From IMG/VR virus record IMGVR_UViG_3300020042_002006, positions 1 to 29,057 of that record: 29,057 nt of DNA. The stretch is one strand, 5' to 3'. The translations under genes and the position numbers were made by a program. Of this stretch, positions 8,797 to 15,405 are shown piece by piece (the first letter of the stretch is position 1; every line of letters starts with the position of its first letter). Below the pieces are notes generated by a model, which was given only the letters and a program-made list of their open reading frames with translations, ran no database searches and was not told where the DNA came from. Source of the DNA: a virus. Lineage: Duplodnaviria; Caudoviricetes.

Positions 8797-9095
8797 GAGT
8801 TATTGTTTCCCACTATGGAGGTGAAGTACGTGAAGGCAAGAGTGCTTCGGTTCGTTGCTGTTTACATAGTGACAGTAGACGCTCAGCAGTTATCAACACT
8901 TATGACAATTTATATTTCTGCCATACCTGCGGTAAGGGTGGCAATGCAGCTAACCTAGTATGCATATTAGAGAACTTGGAGTTTAACGATGGCCTCAAAC
9001 GTGCAGTCGAAATTGCTACTGGAAGCGGCGCAACAATACGCACAGGCAATAAGTCCAGAAACTCTAGCCGTACTAGAAGGACGTGGGATCTCTGA
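8718..9095 (+). CDS. DNA primase N-terminal zinc-binding (CHC2) module
   Basis: CCLHSDSRRS...FCHTCGKGG; AAGGGG RBS. Confidence 0.8.
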   Translation: MPAQDWSRVRKASRYKGAVDANSIPIGVIVSHYGGEVREGKSASVRCCLHSDSRRSAVINTYDNLYFCHTCGKGGNAANLVCILENLEFNDGLKRAVEIATGSGATIRTGNKSRNSSRTRRTWDL

Positions 9096-9639
9096 GGAGA
9101 CAGCAGGACTGTTCCAATTAGGAACTATTACTAACCCCATCAATGGTCACGAGATGTATGAAGGGTGGCTATCTATCCCATACATCACCGCATCCGGTGG
9201 TTGTGTTGGCTTTAAGTTTAGACGATTAGATGATGCCAAGCCTAAGTATGGCAGTCCTACTGGGCAGAAGGCACATCTGTATAATGTATGTGACATCACT
9301 CTTGACTCACCACACATCGTTGTATGTGAGGGTGAGCTAGATGCAATAGTCACTAGCGCAGAGCTTGGTATCCCAGCAGTGGGTGTGCCAGGTGTTGCAG
9401 CGTGGAAGAACCACTTTCCAAAACTCTTTGTAGGTTATGAAACTATCTATGTTGTTGGTGACAATGACGTCAAAGAGGATGGGTCTAACCCTGGAGCTGA
9501 GTTTGCTAAGCGCGTGGCGAATGAGGTAATGAACTCACAGATTGTTACACTACCACCAGGTATGGACATCAATGATTATTACTTGGCTAATGGAATTGAT
9601 GCTACGAGAAAGTTACTGATAGGGGAGTCAAATGTATGA
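8989..9639 (+). CDS. DNA primase catalytic/TOPRIM module
   Basis: RGI, KFRR, PKY, VVCEGELDAI, GDND and DINDY motifs. Confidence 0.88.
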   Translation: MASNVQSKLLLEAAQQYAQAISPETLAVLEGRGISEETAGLFQLGTITNPINGHEMYEGWLSIPYITASGGCVGFKFRRLDDAKPKYGSPTGQKAHLYNVCDITLDSPHIVVCEGELDAIVTSAELGIPAVGVPGVAAWKNHFPKLFVGYETIYVVGDNDVKEDGSNPGAEFAKRVANEVMNSQIVTLPPGMDINDYYLANGIDATRKLLIGESNV

Positions 9640-10051
9640 CAATGACAAGGCAAGAGTGGGACACGATGCTACAGACTTTGCAGCATATGGGCTTTCAAAT
9701 CTTAGAGATCAATACGGAAACAGAGACAGTACTACTGCGCCCTATACCGATAAGATAAACGATGCTTTCATTGCAGATGTCTGGCGTATTATGGACCAAG
9801 CAGGCAACCTATTGGTGCGTAAGCATCACGACTACGGCCCAAAGAACATTGCTCACTCACCAGGTGGACCACTTAATGGTCTGCGTGTACGTATGTGGGA
9901 TAAGATAGCACGCATTAATAACCTATTAGACTCTGGCGTTGAGCCAAGCAATGAGTCCTTGCGTGATTCCTTCTTAGATTTATTAAACTATTCAGCTATT
10001 GCAATGATGGTCTTAGATGGCGTATGGCCTGAAGTGCAGGACAATGACTGA
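9632..10051 (+). CDS. DUF1599/Nmad1 nucleotide-modification-associated (MazG-like) protein
   Basis: RKHHDYG...RMWDKIARINNL...DSFLDLLNYS. Confidence 0.75.
   Translation: MYDNDKARVGHDATDFAAYGLSNLRDQYGNRDSTTAPYTDKINDAFIADVWRIMDQAGNLLVRKHHDYGPKNIAHSPGGPLNGLRVRMWDKIARINNLLDSGVEPSNESLRDSFLDLLNYSAIAMMVLDGVWPEVQDND
9636..9758 (+). CDS. Nested 40-aa ORF in the +1 frame of the DUF1599 gene
   Basis: ATGA overlap with the primase stop; MTMTRQEWDTMLQTLQHMGFQILEINTETETVLLRPIPIR. Confidence 0.45.
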   Translation: MTMTRQEWDTMLQTLQHMGFQILEINTETETVLLRPIPIR

Positions 10052-10505
10052 AGGCTTCTATAAAACTGACACGTTCAAGACATCTAACGATGATACGTGG
10101 ACTACACCTAAAGACTTCTTTGATAAGTTACACAAAGAGTTTAACTTTAGTTTGGATGCAGCAGCACTTGCTTCATCAACTCTGGTACCTGATAACTGGT
10201 ATGGTCCTGACCATCCAGATCACTTAAGGCGTGATGCTTTTACTAGAGACTGGGCTAAAGAAAGTTTTGGTTCTATCTGGTTGAATCCACCTTATGGTAG
10301 GACTATTAAAGATTGGGTACGTAAAGCTGACAGCGTTGCTAACGGGGGGGGGACAGTTGTGTGTTTAGTACCAGCACGTACTGATACTTCTTGGTGGCAC
10401 GAGCATTGCATCCATCACGAGGTTAGATTTATTAGGGGTAGATTAAAGTTTGGTAATCAAAAGAACTCAGCTCCATTTCCTAGTGCAATAGTGGTGATGC
10501 GATGA
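10044..10505 (+). CDS. Phage DNA N6-adenine methyltransferase (Dam, T1/HP1-type)
   Basis: WTTP..FF, FSLDAAA, WLNPPYG, LVPARTDTSWW and RGRLKFG motifs; start at ATG 10044. Confidence 0.9.
   Translation: MTEGFYKTDTFKTSNDDTWTTPKDFFDKLHKEFNFSLDAAALASSTLVPDNWYGPDHPDHLRRDAFTRDWAKESFGSIWLNPPYGRTIKDWVRKADSVANGGGTVVCLVPARTDTSWWHEHCIHHEVRFIRGRLKFGNQKNSAPFPSAIVVMR
10344..10352 (+). repeat. G9 homopolymer inside Dam
   Basis: AAC GGG GGG GGG ACA, in frame. Confidence 0.9.
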
Positions 10506-11134
10506 CTGAACTTCATCCAGTAATCTATGACCTCGTTCCTAGCGTTGCTAATGCTATTCATCGTAGGTATAACAAGCACGTTGAAAAGGATGACATCAAG
10601 CAAGAGCTAATGGCTTGGGCTATGACTAGATCAGCAGATCATACTGAAGATTTAATGGAGCCAATCGAAGAGCGACGCAGGCACAACGAGCAGCGCATAG
10701 CGTGGCAGATGAAGCGTGTAGCAGAACGCTATGCTCGCAAGGAGAAGGCATCCAAGTCTGGCTATCAGACTAATGATGAAGCCTACTACGAGTCAGCTAC
10801 CCTTGGTCAGTTGCTTCCCTTTGTTATTGCATCCGTCATTGATGGCACAGTATTAGAGCAAGCACAAGAGATGATTAGAGATGGACAACCCAAAGGCTCA
10901 TCATCTCCAGCAGAAGGTGGCAACCTACTTGCAAACCTTATAGACATCAAGAAAGGTTTTCTTAAACTAGATCAAGAAGACCAGGCTATCTTGCGTATGC
11001 GCCATCACGAGAGCTTTACCTTACAACAGATAGCACAGGTATTAGAGTGTGCTGTCTCTACTGCAGATCGTAGGTGTGCTCAGTCTTTGCGTAGGTTACA
11101 AGATAATCTAGGTGGGATTAGTCCCTGGCAATGA
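10502..11134 (+). CDS. Sigma-70-like factor (region 4 HTH)
   Basis: DDIKQEL (region 2-like); C-terminal L.....ILRMRH.ESFTLQQIAQVLEC..STA..R. Confidence 0.7.
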   Translation: MTELHPVIYDLVPSVANAIHRRYNKHVEKDDIKQELMAWAMTRSADHTEDLMEPIEERRRHNEQRIAWQMKRVAERYARKEKASKSGYQTNDEAYYESATLGQLLPFVIASVIDGTVLEQAQEMIRDGQPKGSSSPAEGGNLLANLIDIKKGFLKLDQEDQAILRMRHHESFTLQQIAQVLECAVSTADRRCAQSLRRLQDNLGGISPWQ

Positions 11135-11514
11135 ACGAAGAGTTACTGTTTGCTTTTTTGCGTGAGAACTTGTATCCAGATTTAGTAAAGTCTGAGGGCA
11201 TCTATGATGCCTATGACTGTATCTCTAGGCAAGCAGGTCATTACATAGAATTAAAGTGCAGGGCTACACACTATGACACCTTGCTGATTGAAGAGATGAA
11301 GTATCGCAAGCTCATCACCCAAGCAGCAGAGCGTGATCTAATCCCCTACTACATTAACTCTACCCCGCAGGGTGTCTTCTCCTTTGACCTTATGGATTTA
11401 CCGGAGCCTGTATGGTTTAATCATCAGATGCCAGCAAGCACAGAGTTTGATCGTGTTGATAAGGTTGACAAGTTAGTAGGTTATCTACCCATAGAGGAAG
11501 CGGTCCAGCTCTAA
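11131..11514 (+). CDS. PD-(D/E)XK-like nuclease
   Basis: YDC...YIELKCR. Confidence 0.65.
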   Translation: MNEELLFAFLRENLYPDLVKSEGIYDAYDCISRQAGHYIELKCRATHYDTLLIEEMKYRKLITQAAERDLIPYYINSTPQGVFSFDLMDLPEPVWFNHQMPASTEFDRVDKVDKLVGYLPIEEAVQL

Positions 11515-11687
11515 TGCAGTATGACTATCGTTGCCCTGATTGCAACAACGTATTAACTGTTGAACGTTCTATCCACGAGGAACCTCGTGAGCCATCTTGC
11601 TTTGATTGCCACGTAACTATGGTACGTAAGTGGGACTCACCTGGAGTCACCTTCAAAGGTAAAGGGTTCTATTCTACAGGTGGATAA
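11514..11687 (+). CDS. FmdB-family zinc-ribbon protein (57 aa, not in the ORF track)
   Basis: MQYDYRCPDC...CFDC...FKGKGFYSTGG*; TAATG coupling. Confidence 0.85.
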   Translation: MQYDYRCPDCNNVLTVERSIHEEPREPSCFDCHVTMVRKWDSPGVTFKGKGFYSTGG

Positions 11688-11690
11688 AGT

Positions 11691-11727
11691 AAAAGACCCA
11701 CCAGTTCCCGTTACTGATGGGTCTTTG
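11691..11727. terminator. Bidirectional terminator between the convergent operons
   Basis: AAAGACCCACCAGT-n7-ACTGATGGGTCTTT; the single mismatch is G-U on the minus strand, which is followed by a U-tract. Confidence 0.8.
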
Positions 11728-11745
11728 TTGTGCTAAGGAAAAGGG

Positions 11746-12168
11746 TTAGGAAACCTTAGCCACTTCTACTATATTCTGTACTATCCACTCTACCACAGGC
11801 ACAGCTACAGCATTACCCATCTGCTTATACCTGGTTGAGTCTGATTGTCCAGCAGTCCAATCATCAGGGAAACCCTGCAACCTTTCACACTCTACTGGAG
11901 TTAAGCGGCGCACACCGCTTTGATCTGAAAGCATTGACACGTTGTTTCCTCCCGTACCCATACGTGATGTAAGAGTATTCATAGTCTTGTCTTGTACTCG
12001 TGCTCCATCGTGGTAGTGAGGATGAAAGACAATGACTGTCGTTCGCACATCACCATTATCAAATGCGTTAAGCGTTGGCATTACTCCTCCTTCAATCCAA
12101 GTCTCGTAGTCATCCACATTCTGTGCTCGCCTACTCTTGGTGAACCACAAGGTTCTCACTTCCTCCAC
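11746..12168 (-). CDS. C5 cytosine methyltransferase, C-terminal part (variable region plus motifs IX-X)
   Basis: RRLTPVECERLQGFPDDW (IX) and RYKQMGNAVAVPVVEWI (X); start uncertain (GTG 12168, GTG 12159 or TTG 12150). Confidence 0.85.
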   Translation of the reverse strand: MEEVRTLWFTKSRRAQNVDDYETWIEGGVMPTLNAFDNGDVRTTVIVFHPHYHDGARVQDKTMNTLTSRMGTGGNNVSMLSDQSGVRRLTPVECERLQGFPDDWTAGQSDSTRYKQMGNAVAVPVVEWIVQNIVEVAKVS

Positions 12169-12943
12169 CTAGATCACCACCATTGGCACGCAAGGTGCCA
12201 ACTCCTTCTATGTATCCACCAAAAGATGATGAAGTAACAACCACATTATCTTCAGGTCTTTTGTAAGTAGTAGCTGTAAGTGTTGTTACTCCTGGTGAGT
12301 ACTTGGCGAAGCCTGTTTGACCAAAGCTTTCTTGAGTACTTCCGGTAGTTCCTTGCCCCGCTTGCTTGCTCGTCGAAGGATTCCTTCGCAAGCCCTCGGA
12401 CTTAAAGAGTATTTCTGCAACGCCTCCGCTAGTAGCACGTCTCCCAACGACGAAGACTCTACGCCTGCGCTGGGGTACTCCGAAGTGTTGAGCATCAAGC
12501 ACACGCCATCCGACAGAATACCCGATGTCTGCCATCGTTCCGAGGACGACTCCAAAATCTGCTCCTTTGTTACTGGATAACAAACCAGGGACGTTTTCGA
12601 TGATGAAGTATTCTGTTTGCGTTTCTTCCACAAGTCTTGCAATCTCCCAGAATAACCCGCTTCGTTCGCCAGCAAGACCAGCTCTTTTGCCAGCAACGCT
12701 GAGGTCTTGGCAGGGAAATCCTCCTGTAATAATTCCTGTGCTTGGTGTAAATCCTGCATTTATTAGATCCTCTCCCTTAACTGTAGTCACATCTGTAAAT
12801 TGGGTAGCGTCAGGAAAATGCTGCGCCAATACCTGATTACAGTTCTTATCTATCTCAACCGAGGCTACTACCTTTACTCCTTGTCGTTGCATAGCTAAGT
12901 CAAAGCCACCAACGCCTGCAAATAAACTAACACCGGTCAGCAT
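12131..12943 (-). CDS. C5 cytosine methyltransferase, N-terminal part (motifs I-VIII)
   Basis: SLFAGVGG (I), GGFPCQDLS (IV), ENVPG (VI), PQRRRRVF (VIII); ATG 12943 is TGATG-coupled. Confidence 0.92.
   Translation of the reverse strand: MLTGVSLFAGVGGFDLAMQRQGVKVVASVEIDKNCNQVLAQHFPDATQFTDVTTVKGEDLINAGFTPSTGIITGGFPCQDLSVAGKRAGLAGERSGLFWEIARLVEETQTEYFIIENVPGLLSSNKGADFGVVLGTMADIGYSVGWRVLDAQHFGVPQRRRRVFVVGRRATSGGVAEILFKSEGLRRNPSTSKQAGQGTTGSTQESFGQTGFAKYSPGVTTLTATTYKRPEDNVVVTSSSFGGYIEGVGTLRANGGDLGGGSENLVVHQE
12286..12759 (-). CDS. Alternative-frame nested protein resembling the M.EcoHK31I beta polypeptide
   Basis: GGGAGAGG RBS 9 nt before ATG; 157 aa; RWQTSG...NTSEYPS...SLGDVL...YSLSPRACEGILRRASKRGKELPEVL. 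Confidence 0.7.
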   Translation of the reverse strand: MQDLHQAQELLQEDFPAKTSALLAKELVLLANEAGYSGRLQDLWKKRKQNTSSSKTSLVCYPVTKEQILESSSERWQTSGILSDGVCLMLNTSEYPSAGVESSSLGDVLLAEALQKYSLSPRACEGILRRASKRGKELPEVLKKALVKQASPSTHQE

Positions 12944-13377
12944 CAGTACCACCCTCTTCTGTCGCTATGTTGGAGAGCGCGACACGCACTCCCTCCATAG
13001 CGGTGACTAAGGTATCGTAAGCCGTGAAGGATTTGAAGTTCAGGTTGTCCACTACGCTCTCTAAGGAGTTGAGCAATTCCAAAAGCCGAGCTTCTTGGTT
13101 TGCCCTCAGCGTCTCTTGGGCGAGCAAGGTGGTCGAAGCGGGATTCACGGGTCCATAAGGTGACAAGACATCTGATTTGGTCTTGATTGTAGCCGAGTGC
13201 TCGTGCGTAACTAACTGCAAGTGACTTGTTCTCACGCTTCTCCTCCATTGTTGCCTTCGTTCTCTCCTGCATTACTGGAGTATGCAAGATCGTTTGCTCC
13301 GTTGGCTCGTGTGTGTACGCCCACCCTAAGAACAGTAGTGCCATCAATACTAATCCACTTTTTGCCTTGTAACTCAT
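12943..13377 (-). CDS. Secreted/membrane-anchored lytic transglycosylase-like protein
   Basis: N-terminal hydrophobic segment; CLVTLWTRESRF...SSAFGIAQLL...GLRYLSHRYGGSAC.A...GWY; GGAG before ATG 13377. Confidence 0.8.
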   Translation of the reverse strand: MSYKAKSGLVLMALLFLGWAYTHEPTEQTILHTPVMQERTKATMEEKRENKSLAVSYARALGYNQDQIRCLVTLWTRESRFDHLARPRDAEGKPRSSAFGIAQLLRERSGQPELQILHGLRYLSHRYGGSACRALQHSDRRGWY

Positions 13378-13531
13378 CTTGTTTCTTCTCCATTTCGAGC
13401 AATTGCTTATAGGTATCAGGGTATAGATGAGCAAGGCGAGCCAAAGCTCTGTCTCTTGCCCTTCTGTAGTTTCTATCTCTTACCGCCTTGCGGCTGGCAG
13501 TTTCCATCCTTCTCTTGACCTCATCAGTCAT
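13232..13531 (-). CDS. Basic helical hypothetical protein overlapping the transglycosylase 5' end
   Basis: GGGAGG RBS; RNYRRARDRALARLA. Confidence 0.65.
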   Translation of the reverse strand: MTDEVKRRMETASRKAVRDRNYRRARDRALARLAHLYPDTYKQLLEMEKKQDELQGKKWISIDGTTVLRVGVHTRANGANDLAYSSNAGENEGNNGGEA

Positions 13532-13604
13532 TCAGCTTGTCCTCCCACACTATAAGCACGTAGGCTACCACCATTACTATCATTATCCCTAGTACCAGGC
13601 TCAT
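13524..13604 (-). CDS. 26-aa membrane microprotein
   Basis: MSLVLGIMIVMVVAYVLIVWEDKLND*; ATGA-coupled upstream and overlapping the next start. Confidence 0.6.
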   Translation of the reverse strand: MSLVLGIMIVMVVAYVLIVWEDKLND

Positions 13605-13906
13605 CTTCCTACCTTCCTTGCCTCTTGAATAATCTCGGTTATGTCTATGGTTTGCCCTACCAGGTGAGCATCTTCCTCATCACTATCCCACGCAGAGACC
13701 AGCACACGGCTGCCATTGGGTGCAAGGGTTAGCCATTGCATACATTGCTCAGCGTTAGCTCCGCCCCACGTATTAGAGCCATCAGGCTCGACCACTTCAT
13801 AGAATAGGATCAGCTCAGACTTAGGCGGGTGTATCGTGTAAATGTTGCTCGGTGGATCACCCAAGAATGGCTCTCCCCTACTGTCAAAGCGTAATACTCT
13901 ACTCAT
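13601..13906 (-). CDS. Hypothetical early protein
   Basis: GAGGAGG RBS before ATG 13906. Confidence 0.7.
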   Translation of the reverse strand: MSRVLRFDSRGEPFLGDPPSNIYTIHPPKSELILFYEVVEPDGSNTWGGANAEQCMQWLTLAPNGSRVLVSAWDSDEEDAHLVGQTIDITEIIQEARKVGR

Positions 13907-14057
13907 TCTCTTCCTCCTCGAACCCGAACAGTTGGGACAGTGCACTGTTGGCACGCTTGAGATTTTTAATAGCCTCTGCGATCTCCTCCTCTTTGAGATT
14001 CTTCTCAGCCTGGTTTATGCACAGATCAAACTTAGCCTCTAAGTATTCTTTATTCAT
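13899..14057 (-). CDS. Hypothetical helical protein (52 aa, not in the ORF track)
   Basis: AAGGAGG RBS; MNKEYLEAKFDLC...FEEEENE*. Confidence 0.7.
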   Translation of the reverse strand: MNKEYLEAKFDLCINQAEKNLKEEEIAEAIKNLKRANSALSQLFGFEEEENE

Positions 14058-14208
14058 TGTCTTCCTCCTTTGGTAGTACGCGACCCTTAAAGTCGCTGCT
14101 GATTATTTTGATTACATCCTCCCCCGTGGACAGTTTCTCCCAGTCCCACTCTTTTGGGTCGCCGTCATAGGTTTCTATCTCTAGTGTTACTAGGTATCTA
14201 TCTTTCAT
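14050..14208 (-). CDS. Hypothetical protein (52 aa)
   Basis: Purine-rich RBS before ATG 14208; MKDRYLVTLEIETYDGDP. Confidence 0.7.
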   Translation of the reverse strand: MKDRYLVTLEIETYDGDPKEWDWEKLSTGEDVIKIISSDFKGRVLPKEEDNE

Positions 14209-14242
14209 CCTCGTCCTCTCTCGCTCTCTCCCGCATCTAGCG

Positions 14243-14286
14243 GCAGACCACCAGGCACCGACCCGAACCGGTGCCCGATAGTCCGC
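14243..14286 (-). other. 19-bp intergenic RNA hairpin
   Basis: GCGGACUAUCGGGCACCGG-UUCGGG-UCGGUGCCUGGUGGUCUGC; all non-Watson-Crick pairs are G-U on the minus strand; no U-tract. Confidence 0.8.
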
Positions 14287-14288
14287 TT

Positions 14289-14459
14289 CTACAGCTGGAC
14301 ACACTCCGCCATTGATCCCCAGCACCAGCCGAGAAACTCAGCTTTGGGCGAGTCAATCCCAACCCACCAAAGAGAAGAGGACACCAGCACCAGCAACCAA
14401 AGCGCAAGAGTGGCAAGGACTCCCAGCACGAACCAACCTCGCGGGGTGATGTTCTTCAT
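14289..14459 (-). CDS. Small membrane protein
   Basis: MKNITPRGWFVLGVLATLALWLLVLV...; ATGA-coupled. Confidence 0.7.
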   Translation of the reverse strand: MKNITPRGWFVLGVLATLALWLLVLVSSSLWWVGIDSPKAEFLGWCWGSMAECVQL

Positions 14460-14521
14460 TTTCCACATCTTCCGTCGTGTCCTTTTGGTTTTCTGCATCC
14501 GTATCTATTACACATCAACAT
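14456..14521 (-). CDS. 21-aa Cys/His microprotein
   Basis: MLMCNRYGCRKPKGHDGRCGK*; TAATG overlap upstream and ATGA overlap downstream. Confidence 0.6.
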   Translation of the reverse strand: MLMCNRYGCRKPKGHDGRCGK

Positions 14522-14907
14522 TAGAGCCACGCCTGAGAAAGTGAATAGCCAGCGTCTACGGCGTCGGCTTGTCCTTCGTACTTGTCACGAAATAGAACAC
14601 GGGCGAGGCTGTAGACCACGTGAAAGCCCATATCCATCCCACAACCACCGACACGAATGGCGCGGGATCCGTTGACCTCTACGAGTGGGTAGTCAAGAAC
14701 TACTGAAGCGTAATAGGTTAGGTCTAGGATCCTGCCTTCTTTGGCGACCTTGAGGGACATCGTGCGACTCATTCCAGAAGGTGCGACACTTCTCAAAACT
14801 GTGTAGACGGTATCGCCTTCCTTTACGAAGAACTCCAAAAGTTGCTTTTTTGCATAGTTGTAGTCTTCCTGCTTTTGTTGCTTCTTTGTCATTGTTGCTG
14901 TTGTCAT
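14521..14907 (-). CDS. Conserved phage early protein (GGCGMDMGFH motif), function unknown
   Basis: AAAGGG RBS before ATG 14907; VYTVLRSV..SGMSR...VGGCGMDMGFH. Confidence 0.75.
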   Translation of the reverse strand: MTTATMTKKQQKQEDYNYAKKQLLEFFVKEGDTVYTVLRSVAPSGMSRTMSLKVAKEGRILDLTYYASVVLDYPLVEVNGSRAIRVGGCGMDMGFHVVYSLARVLFRDKYEGQADAVDAGYSLSQAWL

Positions 14908-14929
14908 CTTGCACCCTTTTCTAGTATCT

Positions 14930-14979
14930 GATCTCATCAGGTGACGAATTACGCCACGACCTCCGAAGAGGTTTCGATC
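14930..14979 (-). ncRNA. Type II hammerhead ribozyme
   Basis: GAUC-GAAA-CCUC(UUCG)GAGG-UC/GUGGCG(UAAUU)CGUCAC-CUGAUGA-GAUC: full catalytic core, three stems and a GUC cleavage triplet. Confidence 0.92.
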
Positions 14980-15405
14980 TTAAAGAGGCAACGCCTCAAG
15001 GTTTGCGGTTTTCATTGTTGTTTGAATTGCCTTTGCTTTTTGTTCTGGAGTTGTTTCGGATTCTGCAAAAGAACAATTTGCCCAGCCTTCGCACTCTGCA
15101 TCTTTGTAGAATGAAAAGCCCTCATCGTTTGCATAGATGTAGGACTCATCGCCTGTTTTGATGTAGACGCACATAGTAAAGCCCCCAGTCTGGTGAACAT
15201 CTGCAGGGATTCCAAGTGCGATCAAAGCCTCAGCAATTGCGGTTGTTCCTTGTGTTTCTGATGCTGAAGCCTCTTGGCAGGTGTAGCAATACCCTTCTCT
15301 CTTTTCTTCTCTTGTCGTGTTTCCTTCTGAGTCTTTGTATCGGCGCGTGATTTCTACAATGTGCGGATGTGAAACGAAGTCTTTGCAGGTTGTTGGAAGT
15401 GTCAT
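14980..15405 (-). CDS. Hypothetical early protein
   Basis: GGAGG RBS; ATGA-coupled; 141 aa. Confidence 0.75.
   Translation of the reverse strand: MTLPTTCKDFVSHPHIVEITRRYKDSEGNTTREEKREGYCYTCQEASASETQGTTAIAEALIALGIPADVHQTGGFTMCVYIKTGDESYIYANDEGFSFYKDAECEGWANCSFAESETTPEQKAKAIQTTMKTANLEALPL

Noticed and set aside
12131-12298. Both methyltransferase frames end in HQE* (TCACCA(G/A)GAGTA, 155 bp apart)
   Set aside because: Deletion between the repeats would not fuse any frames productively; probably chance or a remnant of module duplication
13495-13530. Second hammerhead (CUGAUGA...GAAAC on the minus strand)
   Set aside because: No G-C closing pair before GAAA and no convincing stems I/III; it lies in coding sequence
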